A stretch of DNA of 39,185 nucleotides from a virus (Duplodnaviria > Caudoviricetes), in IMG/VR virus record IMGVR_UViG_3300020045_012859, positions 1-39,185 of that record. One strand, written 5' to 3'. Shown one piece after another: positions 7,235-16,597 of this stretch (its first letter is position 1; every line of letters begins with the position of its first letter). A program made the translations under genes and the position numbers. The notes under the pieces were generated by a model that saw only the letters and a list, made by a program, of their open reading frames with translations, had not been told where the DNA came from and made no database searches.

Positions 7235-8612
7235 TAAATTTTCTGTACTTATTAATCTTAGCCTTTAGCGCTTCCATTAAACCATCTTGTCTAGAGGCTT
7301 TTCTAGTAAGCGCAGAGATTACACTTTCGTCTTCCGTGCCTTTACAAATTAAGTGGTGTACTATAACAGACTCAGTTTGTCCCTGTCTATCAAGTCTAGC
7401 ATTAAACTGCTCATATAATTCTAAAGACCAGTTCTGGCCGTACCACACAATAATATTTCCACCAGCTTGTAAATTTAAACCGTGACCACCTGAAGCAGGG
7501 TGCATCAGCATCAAACGTATTTTGCCGTTGTTCCAATCCAGAATGTCCTGGTCAGTTTTAAGAGGTCTAGGATTTAACTTTTTAAATCGTTCCATTATAC
7601 GCTCCATATCATGTCTAAAAGACCAAGCTAAAAGAATAGGCTTCTCTCCAACAGCTTCTATAATCTCGTCAAGAGCATCAAGTTTTAAATCGTGCATTGC
7701 GTGCCAGTCTTTATTCTCATCGTAGATTGCACCATTAGCAAGCTGCAAAAGTTTAGTTGATAGTGCTGCAGCGTTCAAAGCAGTAATCTCTTCACCTGTT
7801 TCTAATAAAGCTAAGACTTGTTCACGTTCAAAGTCGTCATAAAGTTTGCGCTCTTTAGGTGGCATCTCAATTTCTACGTAGTTGTCAATTCGTTCTGGAA
7901 GACTTAAATAATCTTTGGCTTTCATACTCATACAAATATCTTCAATTTGTGCGTGTATTCTAGCGTCACCATCTTTTTGCAAATCGTAATTGAAAACAAT
8001 AGCACCATTTCTTTTACCGGGTTTAAAGAACTCTTCACGATAAGCAGTTATAGTTTTACCTAATCTTTCGCCCCTGTCTAGTAAATAGATTTGTGGCCAC
8101 AAGTCAATCAATCCATTTGGCGCTGGAGTACCAGTTGCAATCACAACTCTACTAAAAGAAGGTTGCACCTGGCGCAAGGCTTTGAAACGAATTGCTTTTG
8201 GATTTTTAAAGCTAGAACTCTCATCTATTACAAGCATGGGAAATGGCAACATGCCTCCACCAAATTGGCCACATAACCAGGCTATATTGTCGCGGCTAAT
8301 AATATGAATGTCTGCTTTAGCTTTTAAAGCTTCAACACGTTTTTTCTCATTACCAATTATCTTTGAAATTGTTAAATGTTTTAAGTGTTCCCATTTAGCT
8401 ATCTCTTGACTCCAAACGCTTTCAGCTACTCGCTTAGGTGCTACAATCAAGGCGCCTGTAATATCTAACTCTTCAAATAAAAGTTTATTTATAGCAGTTA
8501 ATATAGTTACAGTCTTACCTAAACCCATGTCTAAAAATAAGCCACAGTGGTCGTTGTACATTATATGGTCAACTCCAGTATTTTGGTAAATGTGCATGTC
8601 CTGTTCAGTCAT
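7224..8612 (-). CDS. SNF2-family (SF2) helicase
   Basis: DMGLGKT, IDESS, TGTP, GHGLNLQ and QFNARLDRQG motifs. ATG 8612 preferred over TTG 8621. Confidence 0.93.
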   Translation of the reverse strand: MTEQDMHIYQNTGVDHIMYNDHCGLFLDMGLGKTVTILTAINKLLFEELDITGALIVAPKRVAESVWSQEIAKWEHLKHLTISKIIGNEKKRVEALKAKADIHIISRDNIAWLCGQFGGGMLPFPMLVIDESSSFKNPKAIRFKALRQVQPSFSRVVIATGTPAPNGLIDLWPQIYLLDRGERLGKTITAYREEFFKPGKRNGAIVFNYDLQKDGDARIHAQIEDICMSMKAKDYLSLPERIDNYVEIEMPPKERKLYDDFEREQVLALLETGEEITALNAAALSTKLLQLANGAIYDENKDWHAMHDLKLDALDEIIEAVGEKPILLAWSFRHDMERIMERFKKLNPRPLKTDQDILDWNNGKIRLMLMHPASGGHGLNLQAGGNIIVWYGQNWSLELYEQFNARLDRQGQTESVIVHHLICKGTEDESVISALTRKASRQDGLMEALKAKINKYRKFISK

Positions 8613-8889
8613 AGCTTTCAAGTATATTTTTTATAACTTCAGAAGTATCTACTACATAAACCTGGAAGCCTAGCTTTCGAAGTTTTTTGTGTATACTTAA
8701 CTGAATTAAAGTTGGTTTCTTTTTAGTTGTTTTAATCTCAGCAAAAAATAGGCGACCACCTGGCAATAAGCAAAGTCTGTCAGGTAGTCCGGTAACATGG
8801 GCAGCTACTAATTTTATGGACCAGCCACCTATTTTTTTGATTAGCTCTGAGAGTTTTTTATCCAGATATTTCTCTGACTCAATTATCAT
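8605..8889 (-). CDS. VRR-NUC domain nuclease
   Basis: GLPDRL...FAEIK...Q...LRKLGF motif. Confidence 0.9.
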   Translation of the reverse strand: MIIESEKYLDKKLSELIKKIGGWSIKLVAAHVTGLPDRLCLLPGGRLFFAEIKTTKKKPTLIQLSIHKKLRKLGFQVYVVDTSEVIKNILESYD

Positions 8890-11276
8890 GTCAATTTTCT
8901 TTGATAGTATTTCTGTTTACCGTGGAAAGCAAAGTTCTTAGTTGAGTTGTGTGGTTCCCATTCTGGTAGCCCTCGCATTATATCGTTTAGCTCTCTTGTG
9001 TTATATCTAATCATGCTGTCTTTTTCTTTGCCTAAACACTCGCACCATATTTCTGAGATACACACAAAGTCTCTGTGTTCTGTACCACCTGTAAGAGGGT
9101 CACTTAAAAACTCACGGCGTTGTAATAAGTCATAGTTAGCCCAATCCTTTGGAAGCTTGCGGTCAAGATACTGTTCAATAACACCTTTACGCTCATCGAC
9201 TTCAGAGTGTTTAATTTGTTCGTCTCTTGCAATAAATTCTGCATCAGCTGTCAAAAATAAAGGTTCTTTAGCTTTATACAGTGCAACAGCTTCCGCCCAT
9301 ATTTGATTTACTTCGTCTTCTAGTAAGTCATTAAATACAGACTTCTTAGCTAAGTACTTGTGAATGTCAATAGGCATAAATCTTCTGTTACCAGTTGGGT
9401 CACGCAAGAAGTCTTTATTATTTGTAGTTGCAAAGAAAACACATTGCCTGTGAAAGGTTTCTACACATCGTGCATAAGCGGGTCTAAACGAGTCAATCTG
9501 CTTCGATATGTAATGTTTTACAGCCTCGATTTCCGCTTTCCTGAATCCAGCAAGCTCTGCAATTTCAATCAACCAGAAGCCTTGTATTTGCTCGAACGAC
9601 TCTTTACCATGTACAGTTGTAAAAGTATCAGAAGACCAGGCCTTGCCAAGCTTCTTAATGAATGTACTTTTACCGGTTCCCTGGTCGCCTACTAAAGTTA
9701 AAACTAAGTCGAACTTTTTACCAGGCTCAAAGATTCTAGCTACAGCTCCTACTAACATTTTTCTAATAGCTTCTCGCGAATAGATATTATCGTCAGCACC
9801 AAAGTAGTCAATAAGTAAATTATCTACTCTAGGTGTTCCGTCCCATACTATACTCGATAAGAAATTTTTAACAGGGTGAAATCTATGTTTCTCAAATTCT
9901 AAGGCAAGCGAATCGTCTATTTTAAGAGTTCCACTAATTCCATAAATTGATTCGATATAATTTCTAACACCTGAATAATCTACGTTTTTAACTTCTTCGG
10001 GTTCCTTGATTTTACGCCAAGGCATACTACCAAAAATATAGCGTTTCTGGTCGAAGTCATTATGTTTAAATAATTCTTTTAACCTGGTGTCATTTGCTAA
10101 GATAGCATTTATATTAGGAGCTGTGCTTAAGTAGTTACCGCGGCCATCAACTTCCAATTCAGTAAGCCACTCAACATTGTCTTCCGCAAAAGTATCGTTG
10201 TCATTTTCTTCTAAGTCTTCTTCAAAATCATATTTAGCCGAAGTAAGATTTTCAATGGCAATAGTTTTCTTTACTTTTAAATCTTGGCGACATAAATCTT
10301 CCATAGCCTTATAAGACTTAAGACTTTTAACGTCGCCGCTTTCAGAAGGGTCAAGGTGTCCATATAAATGTACACGTACTAAGTCAAACGCATTACAAAG
10401 CTTTCCGCTAATAGGGTCGGTTCCATGATGTGAGTAAGCAAATTTGTCGTCGTATGTTATAAGACCGGCCGCTGTTGAACCGTGTGCGTATGTGTAACGC
10501 GTTTCAATTGCAGACTCAGTATAAATAGTAGGAATGAAAAACTCAATAGCTTCTGAGATTGTATAACTTCTACAAAATGCACCTACAACACCTTTCTTTA
10601 ATTCAGGGTCTTCTTGCTTTTTAGTAGCGTCATAAATTTCTTGATTCTTACGGTCAGCTGTTGGCCATAAACTAGAGTCTGTCCAATCAATATAACTGCT
10701 TAAAATGTCATCAGCTTTTAAGAATGGTGCATCTTGGAATTTTACATAGTACTCTACATCTTTTGGGCTAGACGGCCAGAACATAAGTCTATTCGTTTCA
10801 AAAGTTGTATTGTCAAAAAGTTCTATTCCAATTGTTCCAGCTACTTGTCTAGAGATTGCCACATATTCGTCTGGCGTTACTTCTCTATCAAGCGGCATGA
10901 TTAAACGGAAACGAGGACTCTCTTCTGAATGCTTATGTGTACCGTGTAAAAGTGCAGCGTTCTCAAAAGTAAAACAAATATCGTCCCATAAATCCATGTG
11001 TGCAAAGTCAATATCCAAAGTAAGGATTTGTCTATGTACTACATTCTGTGGGCTTCTTCTACCGTTTCTTAAATAGCCACCAACATACCCTCCAACATCT
11101 TTAATTTTACCCTGGTCTTCTTTCGCAGCGTTTATAAATTCTTTAAAGGTTTCCCCTGTGTGTCTTACTTCTTTTAGCTTAGAAACAAAGTCGCTCCAAG
11201 TTATTTTTTTATTCTTCCAAATTTTAGTCTTTGCACTTAAACCTGTTGAAATATGTAACTGCCCATCATGTTTCAT
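8886..11276 (-). CDS. VirE/VapE-family primase-helicase
   Basis: N-terminal primase-like LDID and THKH..PRFR. Walker A GDQGTGKS, EIAEL, and FLRDPTGNRRF. Confidence 0.9.
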   Translation of the reverse strand: MKHDGQLHISTGLSAKTKIWKNKKITWSDFVSKLKEVRHTGETFKEFINAAKEDQGKIKDVGGYVGGYLRNGRRSPQNVVHRQILTLDIDFAHMDLWDDICFTFENAALLHGTHKHSEESPRFRLIMPLDREVTPDEYVAISRQVAGTIGIELFDNTTFETNRLMFWPSSPKDVEYYVKFQDAPFLKADDILSSYIDWTDSSLWPTADRKNQEIYDATKKQEDPELKKGVVGAFCRSYTISEAIEFFIPTIYTESAIETRYTYAHGSTAAGLITYDDKFAYSHHGTDPISGKLCNAFDLVRVHLYGHLDPSESGDVKSLKSYKAMEDLCRQDLKVKKTIAIENLTSAKYDFEEDLEENDNDTFAEDNVEWLTELEVDGRGNYLSTAPNINAILANDTRLKELFKHNDFDQKRYIFGSMPWRKIKEPEEVKNVDYSGVRNYIESIYGISGTLKIDDSLALEFEKHRFHPVKNFLSSIVWDGTPRVDNLLIDYFGADDNIYSREAIRKMLVGAVARIFEPGKKFDLVLTLVGDQGTGKSTFIKKLGKAWSSDTFTTVHGKESFEQIQGFWLIEIAELAGFRKAEIEAVKHYISKQIDSFRPAYARCVETFHRQCVFFATTNNKDFLRDPTGNRRFMPIDIHKYLAKKSVFNDLLEDEVNQIWAEAVALYKAKEPLFLTADAEFIARDEQIKHSEVDERKGVIEQYLDRKLPKDWANYDLLQRREFLSDPLTGGTEHRDFVCISEIWCECLGKEKDSMIRYNTRELNDIMRGLPEWEPHNSTKNFAFHGKQKYYQRKLT

Positions 11277-11279
11277 ATT

Positions 11280-13241
11280 TTAGTCTTTTTTGTAATAGTC
11301 AGTTATATAACCGTCTGCTCCTAGTGGTAAACCAGGCGCCCAGCTATTTTCTTCACCCATTAAATTACACAATTCTTCTAACTTCTTTTCGCTCTCATCT
11401 TTTAAAACTTCACAGACAACTTCGTCATGTACGTGCATTACAATATCAAATCCAGCTTTATCAGCTTTAATCATTGAGTCAAGTAGTAAATCTCTTGCAA
11501 CAGCTTGTACAATATTCTCTGTAAGCTTTCCGCCGTATGTGTCAATTCTATTCCATTGTTTTGTCTCCTGGTTCAAACCCATATAAGTCAAAGACTTTCC
11601 ACCCCATTTATTAGGCTGGATTTTTGGTGTTGAGTATAGTAAACTTCTACCTGAAGGAAGACCTAAAATTAAGTAGTCTCCATCGTATTCAAAAGATAAG
11701 TTCTCGAATTTAGATAATATTTTTGACTTTGTTACCACGGCTTTAATTGCACACTTCTCTACGTCTGCCCAGAACCTAACAATAGCAGGGTTTGCTTTAC
11801 GCCATTTGCTAACAATTATTTTCATATCGTTCTCACTTAGTCCCATATCTACTGCACCCATGTTTTTCATGGCACCTACTGCTCCACCATAACCAAGTGC
11901 TAATTCTGCTACTTTACCTTTCTGTCTAAGCTCATATTCTGGGTTACCTTTCTTAATCAATTCAAGTGGTACGCTAAACATCATAGAAGCTGAAGCCTCA
12001 TAGATTTTACCATGTGTAGCAAATACATCAATTCTCCAAGACTCTTTTGCAAGCCAAGCTAAAACTCTAGCTTCAATTGCGCTAAAATCGGCGACCGCTA
12101 AAGTATGATTCTCAGTAGCTATAAAAGCAGTTCTAATTAATTGAGAAAGTAAGTCTGCTACATTATCATATAAGATACTTAAAAGCTCATAGTCACCTGC
12201 TCTTATAAGTTGCCTAACTTCGTCAATAGCTTTCAGATAATTTCTAGGTAAATTCTGTAACTGAATTAATCGTCCAGCCCATCGACCTGTGCGACTTGCA
12301 CCATAGAATTGAAAAAGTCCATGTGCTCGTAAGTCGTCACAAATACATTTAAGCATTGCAACATATTTTTTTATAGAAGTCTTAGACCCTTTTTGTCGTA
12401 GTTCTAAAACCTCTTTAACAGGCCCCTCAGCTTCCTTAAGCAATTCCGGTATAATCGCTTTCGCCAGTGATTTTATTTCTTTATTCATGGCAGAACTTAA
12501 CCAAGCTTTGAGCTGAGCAGCGCTGTTAGGGTTGTCTAAGTTTGTAAGCTGCTTTAAACGTTCTTCAATTGTAATTGTATTTAAGTCGTTTATCTCTAGT
12601 GCCATAGCTGCAAGAGTCGTATCTATTAAAATACCTCTATCATTTATTTTTTGGTCTAACAAATAAGCTTCTCTTTCTGTAGCTGGAATACTATAAGCGC
12701 TTAATCTTTTTATAATAGCTTTTTCAGCTGCTACGTCTTGAATACAATACAGCTTGTACTCTTCCCATTTTTCAGGGTTGTGCTTCGGTAAGTTCCTGCC
12801 CGTCATTCCATTCAAAGTTGTTGGTTTAACAGGACAAGAAAAATACCTAATTAAAGCCTTACCTGTTGCAGACTTTCCTTCGCTCTCTAAATTAAGAGCT
12901 TTGGAAATAGCCTCTAAGCTTAAAGGCAACCCACAATATGCAGCTTTAATAGCTGAACAATGCCACTGCTCGGGGGGTGTTTTTATTCCTATAGCGTTAA
13001 AAGCTAATCTTTCAAATACCGCATTATGTGCATGCTTCTTAATACTAGGACTTACTAAATCGCGCATAATAGTTAAAGGTATTTTTTCACCTTGCGCTAA
13101 ATCTATTATTTGAATAGGCTGGTCTTCATAAGAATACGCAATCATAAGAATCTCAAAGTCTATTGATTCCATATATTTGTAAGCTCCTGACGACATAATA
13201 TCTACTGAGCTATACGTTTCAATATCAATATACAAGTTCAT
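11280..13241 (-). CDS. polA: Family A DNA polymerase with 3'-5' exonuclease domain
   Basis: DIETYS, HNAVFE, YCIQD; TGRWAG, QLQNLPR; motif A DFSAIEAR, motif B RQKGKVAELALGYG, motif C VHDE. Confidence 0.95.
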   Translation of the reverse strand: MNLYIDIETYSSVDIMSSGAYKYMESIDFEILMIAYSYEDQPIQIIDLAQGEKIPLTIMRDLVSPSIKKHAHNAVFERLAFNAIGIKTPPEQWHCSAIKAAYCGLPLSLEAISKALNLESEGKSATGKALIRYFSCPVKPTTLNGMTGRNLPKHNPEKWEEYKLYCIQDVAAEKAIIKRLSAYSIPATEREAYLLDQKINDRGILIDTTLAAMALEINDLNTITIEERLKQLTNLDNPNSAAQLKAWLSSAMNKEIKSLAKAIIPELLKEAEGPVKEVLELRQKGSKTSIKKYVAMLKCICDDLRAHGLFQFYGASRTGRWAGRLIQLQNLPRNYLKAIDEVRQLIRAGDYELLSILYDNVADLLSQLIRTAFIATENHTLAVADFSAIEARVLAWLAKESWRIDVFATHGKIYEASASMMFSVPLELIKKGNPEYELRQKGKVAELALGYGGAVGAMKNMGAVDMGLSENDMKIIVSKWRKANPAIVRFWADVEKCAIKAVVTKSKILSKFENLSFEYDGDYLILGLPSGRSLLYSTPKIQPNKWGGKSLTYMGLNQETKQWNRIDTYGGKLTENIVQAVARDLLLDSMIKADKAGFDIVMHVHDEVVCEVLKDESEKKLEELCNLMGEENSWAPGLPLGADGYITDYYKKD

Positions 13242-13242
13242 A

Positions 13243-13467
13243 TTATCTTGCTTCTACAATTATCAATAGGCCTGCTCCTGAGCGTTTTATATTAACATCT
13301 TCTGCTAATTTTGTATAGCTATAAATTTGTCTAGTTGTTAAAGCTTCTAAACTTTTAAGTTGTTTAGTTTTAATTTCTTTAACATTAATCATTACTGTTT
13401 TACCTTTTACTCTAGGCGTTCCTTCGTTAGGGAATTGCTCAGAAAGCATGTTTACAATCGCTTGCAT
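13243..13467 (-). CDS. Hypothetical phage protein
   Basis: 74 aa, abuts the polA start. Confidence 0.6.
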   Translation of the reverse strand: MQAIVNMLSEQFPNEGTPRVKGKTVMINVKEIKTKQLKSLEALTTRQIYSYTKLAEDVNIKRSGAGLLIIVEAR

Positions 13468-13486
13468 AATTACTATTTTTAAATGT

Positions 13487-13569
13487 TAGTGAGAGTTAAG
13501 GAGTCGAACCTCAAAGCCCAAGCGTTCCATATTTCATACTTATTAAGTATATTCGCTTTGCTACTCTCA
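13487..13569 (-). ncRNA. tRNA-like RNA (acceptor stem and T-arm, no D or anticodon arm)
   Basis: TGAGAGT/ACTCTCA 7-bp stem. TGAGG-TTCGACT-CCTTA 5-bp arm with a canonical T-loop stacked directly on the 3' acceptor strand. Confidence 0.55.
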
Positions 13570-13714
13570 AAGTAAATAGTCTTTTAATGGGATATACCTT
13601 GCGGAATAAAAAACTAATTACTTTATAAGAGCTCTTGTTAGACGTATTATAGGCTTTTATTTAGCGTCTAAATCTTATGTTACCTAGCTTCAAAGGTCAA
13701 GAGCTTGTTTTTAT

Positions 13715-14260
13715 TTACAAGATGTCGTCATCATCAGCAAAGTCGTCTTCAGCTGAAGTAGCTCCACCTCCTAAACGTTCACCATCTTCTAACTTTTGTA
13801 AGTTATTTAAACCTGCTGCAATACCTTTATTACCTGGTACGTTAAAAGCATACATATTTAAAGAAGCTCTACCATAACAACCTGAATAAAATTCGTCTTC
13901 ATTCATTAAAGGTTGTCTGTCTGCATCCACAATACCTGGTTTTTTAGTACTAGTAGCGGATAAAAAATAATGACCTGCATAAGTTTCGTCGTCTTCTTTT
14001 TCTTCGTCTCCGTCTCTTAAAGGTTGTTTGTAGTTTTTAGGTACTTTGCCGTCTTTACCAATTTTAGAAACACCTTGCTCTGCCGCAACTTCAATAGCTT
14101 TTTTAATTCTAGCAATTGTTGCTATATCTGTTTTAGGTATTAAAATTGATACACTATATTTTGGTACTGAACCTTCTTCCATAGAAGCCGGTTTCCACAC
14201 ATGAGCATAAGAAAATCTTACTTTACCTGTGATTACAATTGTTGGGCTTTTTTCTGCCAT
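13715..14260 (-). CDS. DUF2815-family single-stranded DNA-binding protein (gp2.5-like)
   Basis: VRFSYAHVW, PLRDGD, FYSGCYGR, GLNNLQKL.DGERLGG, acidic tail. Confidence 0.9.
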   Translation of the reverse strand: MAEKSPTIVITGKVRFSYAHVWKPASMEEGSVPKYSVSILIPKTDIATIARIKKAIEVAAEQGVSKIGKDGKVPKNYKQPLRDGDEEKEDDETYAGHYFLSATSTKKPGIVDADRQPLMNEDEFYSGCYGRASLNMYAFNVPGNKGIAAGLNNLQKLEDGERLGGGATSAEDDFADDDDIL

Positions 14261-14284
14261 AATAATTTGTTTTAAATTTGTTTT

Positions 14285-14340
14285 GTAAAGATAATAATTT
14301 ATTTTAATCTAGGAAATTTATTTGCACTTATTTTTGAAAA
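14285..14340 (-). promoter_or_regulatory. Degenerate copy of the promoter repeat
   Basis: Minus-strand TATCTTTAC 25 bp before the SSB start. Distal TTTTTGAAA at a similar spacing to the other copies. Confidence 0.55.
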
Positions 14341-14345
14341 TAAAT

Positions 14346-15551
14346 TTACAGTAACTCGTCTTCGTTATCTGAGAAGTCGTTAGCTGCTTCTGTGAATCCA
14401 TAAGCAGGTCGTCCATCTTCCTTAGTAACTAGCGTAGGTGCTCCTGGTGGTTTAGTAATAAAGTCACCTAACTCAATTTCGAAATTCTTTTTACCTAGTA
14501 CTTTTTCTAAAGCCGTTAAACTTTTAAGTTTAGACTCTAAAATTTGTTCGTCTTTAAAACCTTTAAGTATTAAGTACTGTTTTACGTCATCTAAGTCTAT
14601 GAATTTACGAGAGCTTCGTCCATGTACTACTTTTAAGTCTGGCCATTCTCGGCCCTTTAGAGCTTCAGAAAGCATAAAAGTATCTATTCCATTAAGCCAG
14701 TCCTTTATTTGTCCCGAGAGTTGATAAATTGCAACCATTTCAGAGTCCTCTAAAAGGTTAGGGTCTTTAAATTCATGCTTTGCAATTTCTAAGTTCTGTT
14801 CGCTTAACGCTCGGCATCTTGGTTTAGCTTTACAGAACTTACACCAGTCACCTGGTTTTTGTTCGCCTGTTCCAGCATAAGCTTCTTTAGCTTGTTGCGT
14901 CACATAACCTTCACCCCATTCAAGTAACTCTTCTGCTGATATTTCCCAAGAAGAAATTGTGTCTAATCTAGGTTGCGAAATTGTCAGTCTAATTGTATGA
15001 ATGTCATAAGATAACATGTGCTTGTATAAAGAACCTAAGCCGTACAATTTTAATTGTGAATTGTCAACAGCACTAACTCGAACACCTTTACCATATTTTA
15101 AATCGATTACTTCAAGAATGCCATCAGCTAAAACAATAGCGTCGTTTGTTCCAAAACCATCTTCGATAAAATTAGTTAAGTCTACCTTCTCCTCAATAAG
15201 AAGCATTGTGCCTTCATGATTAAACTTAGCAACATTATACTGTTCTAAAACGTAGTCAACATACTTATCAACTTCGCTTGGCATTTCTTCTGAATAGAAT
15301 TTGTCTGCTTCAATTTCAGCAGCTCTTTTAATAGCTTCACTTGCGTCAATAAGTCCAAGTCTATTCTTAAGCGTAAGCTCTGCCAATTCATGTGCTAAGG
15401 TTCCTTCTCTTGCATAAGGAGAATCTACTTGCTCAAAGTCCTCTTCTAGTCTAGCACTAGCTGTACAATTCAACCACTTTGAGGCGCCTGAAGCAGATAA
15501 GAGAGCGTGAGCCCTCTCTTCGTGCTTTACAGTTTTAACTTCCTTAGCCAT
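14346..15551 (-). CDS. DUF2800-family PD-(D/E)xK (Cas4/RecB-like) exonuclease
   Basis: HALLSASG, GTLAH, FGTND, IDLKYGKG, QLKLY, WCKFCKAK..C. Confidence 0.88.
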   Translation of the reverse strand: MAKEVKTVKHEERAHALLSASGASKWLNCTASARLEEDFEQVDSPYAREGTLAHELAELTLKNRLGLIDASEAIKRAAEIEADKFYSEEMPSEVDKYVDYVLEQYNVAKFNHEGTMLLIEEKVDLTNFIEDGFGTNDAIVLADGILEVIDLKYGKGVRVSAVDNSQLKLYGLGSLYKHMLSYDIHTIRLTISQPRLDTISSWEISAEELLEWGEGYVTQQAKEAYAGTGEQKPGDWCKFCKAKPRCRALSEQNLEIAKHEFKDPNLLEDSEMVAIYQLSGQIKDWLNGIDTFMLSEALKGREWPDLKVVHGRSSRKFIDLDDVKQYLILKGFKDEQILESKLKSLTALEKVLGKKNFEIELGDFITKPPGAPTLVTKEDGRPAYGFTEAANDFSDNEDELL

Positions 15552-15985
15552 TATTTTAATGTAGCTAAATAGTCCATTAATTCACCATACTTAGATTCAT
15601 CCAAAGAAGTCACGTTATTAGCGCCTAAGGCTGTTAACTTCTTTTTAATTTCGTCTCTGTTGTTGATAGCTTTTTTAGTTACTTCTGCGCGTACTTCGTC
15701 AGTAGTATAGTCAGAGGTTTCTTCTTGCTCAGTCTCAGCAACTTCTTCTTGTTCAACTTCCTCAAGTTTTTCTTCAGCTTTAGCAACTTCTTTTTTTACA
15801 GTTTTAGGAGCTGCTACTTTTTTAGTGTCTAAGACAATAGGCTCTATGACTTCAGCGTCTTTTGCTTTGTCTGAAGTTTCTAAAGCTGCATCGTTTCCGA
15901 TTACATTAAGTAAATTGCTTAAAGCCTTTAACTGCGCATCATCTGCAGTATTTACTTTGATTGTTAATTTAACTACTTTGCTCAT
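15551..15985 (-). CDS. Hypothetical replication-module protein
   Basis: Acidic/Lys linker plus a small C-terminal helical domain (LGANNVTSL), coupled to the DUF2800 gene. Confidence 0.7.
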   Translation of the reverse strand: MSKVVKLTIKVNTADDAQLKALSNLLNVIGNDAALETSDKAKDAEVIEPIVLDTKKVAAPKTVKKEVAKAEEKLEEVEQEEVAETEQEETSDYTTDEVRAEVTKKAINNRDEIKKKLTALGANNVTSLDESKYGELMDYLATLK

Positions 15986-15992
15986 GTTATAA

Positions 15993-16388
15993 TTATTTAT
16001 TGATTATTTTATTTAGTTCTTCTAAATACTCACTTAAAGGAATACTAGACTTGTTTAGAATTTCTTCGTGTAGCAAACTACCTTTGTGAAAAACTTTAGT
16101 AACCCATGTTTTAGTATTAAGCTCCGCTCTATAATCTTCTTGCTCGAAAATTATATTTTGGTTATCAGCCTTAGACTTCCATTTGGTTTTACCATAAAGC
16201 TCTTCAAAAGTTAAACCTGTTATTGCTGCTAGTCTACTAAGCTGTACAGTATCTAAGTTTGCTTTACCATCTAAAATCCTAGTTAAAGCTTTCATAGGAT
16301 ATAAATTTTCTGGAAATAACTGCTTTGCTATATCCGCTTTGTCAAGATTTTTAGTCTCGATAATTTTGTTTAAGTCAACGTGGTTCAT
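15993..16388 (-). CDS. XRE/Cro-like helix-turn-helix protein
   Basis: KADIAKQL...LTRILDGK...QLSRLAAITGLTFEELY pattern. Has its own promoter. Confidence 0.65.
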   Translation of the reverse strand: MNHVDLNKIIETKNLDKADIAKQLFPENLYPMKALTRILDGKANLDTVQLSRLAAITGLTFEELYGKTKWKSKADNQNIIFEQEDYRAELNTKTWVTKVFHKGSLLHEEILNKSSIPLSEYLEELNKIINK

Positions 16389-16403
16389 AGAATAAAATTT
16401 TTT

Positions 16404-16462
16404 GTAAAGATAGAAATTAATTTGGAACTAAAAAATTTATTTCCATTTTTTGGTAAACTTTT
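16404..16462 (-). promoter_or_regulatory. Degenerate copy of the promoter repeat
   Basis: GTAAAGATAGAAATTAATTTGGAACTAAAAAATTT aligns with the consensus repeat. Confidence 0.6.
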
Positions 16463-16597
16463 TTAATTGTCATTATAGCCTTTATTCCAATCGTGCCAAC
16501 TACTACTATTCTTTTTATATGGATTCCATAGAGGGTCCTCTCCATTTAGCTCAGCTTGTTTAGCTGCTTGCCCTAAGTTATACGCTTTACTATCCAT
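16463..16597 (-). CDS. 44-aa RMF/CrpP-like small protein
   Basis: Not in the ORF track. MDSKAYNLGQAAKQAELNGEDPLWNPYKKNSSSWHDWNKGYNDN, TAATG-coupled to the upstream gene. Confidence 0.6.
   Translation of the reverse strand: MDSKAYNLGQAAKQAELNGEDPLWNPYKKNSSSWHDWNKGYNDN

Noticed and set aside
11280-13241. Intron or intein in polA or terL
   Set aside because: Both ORFs are continuous and of ordinary length, with no intein splice motifs.
13487-13569. Canonical tRNA gene
   Set aside because: No D-arm, no 5-bp/7-nt anticodon arm and no CCA. Kept as a tRNA-like element instead.
14346-15551. Cas4-like nuclease as evidence of a CRISPR system
   Set aside because: DUF2800 nucleases are standard in this SSB-PolA-VirE-SNF2 phage module, and no cas genes or array are present.
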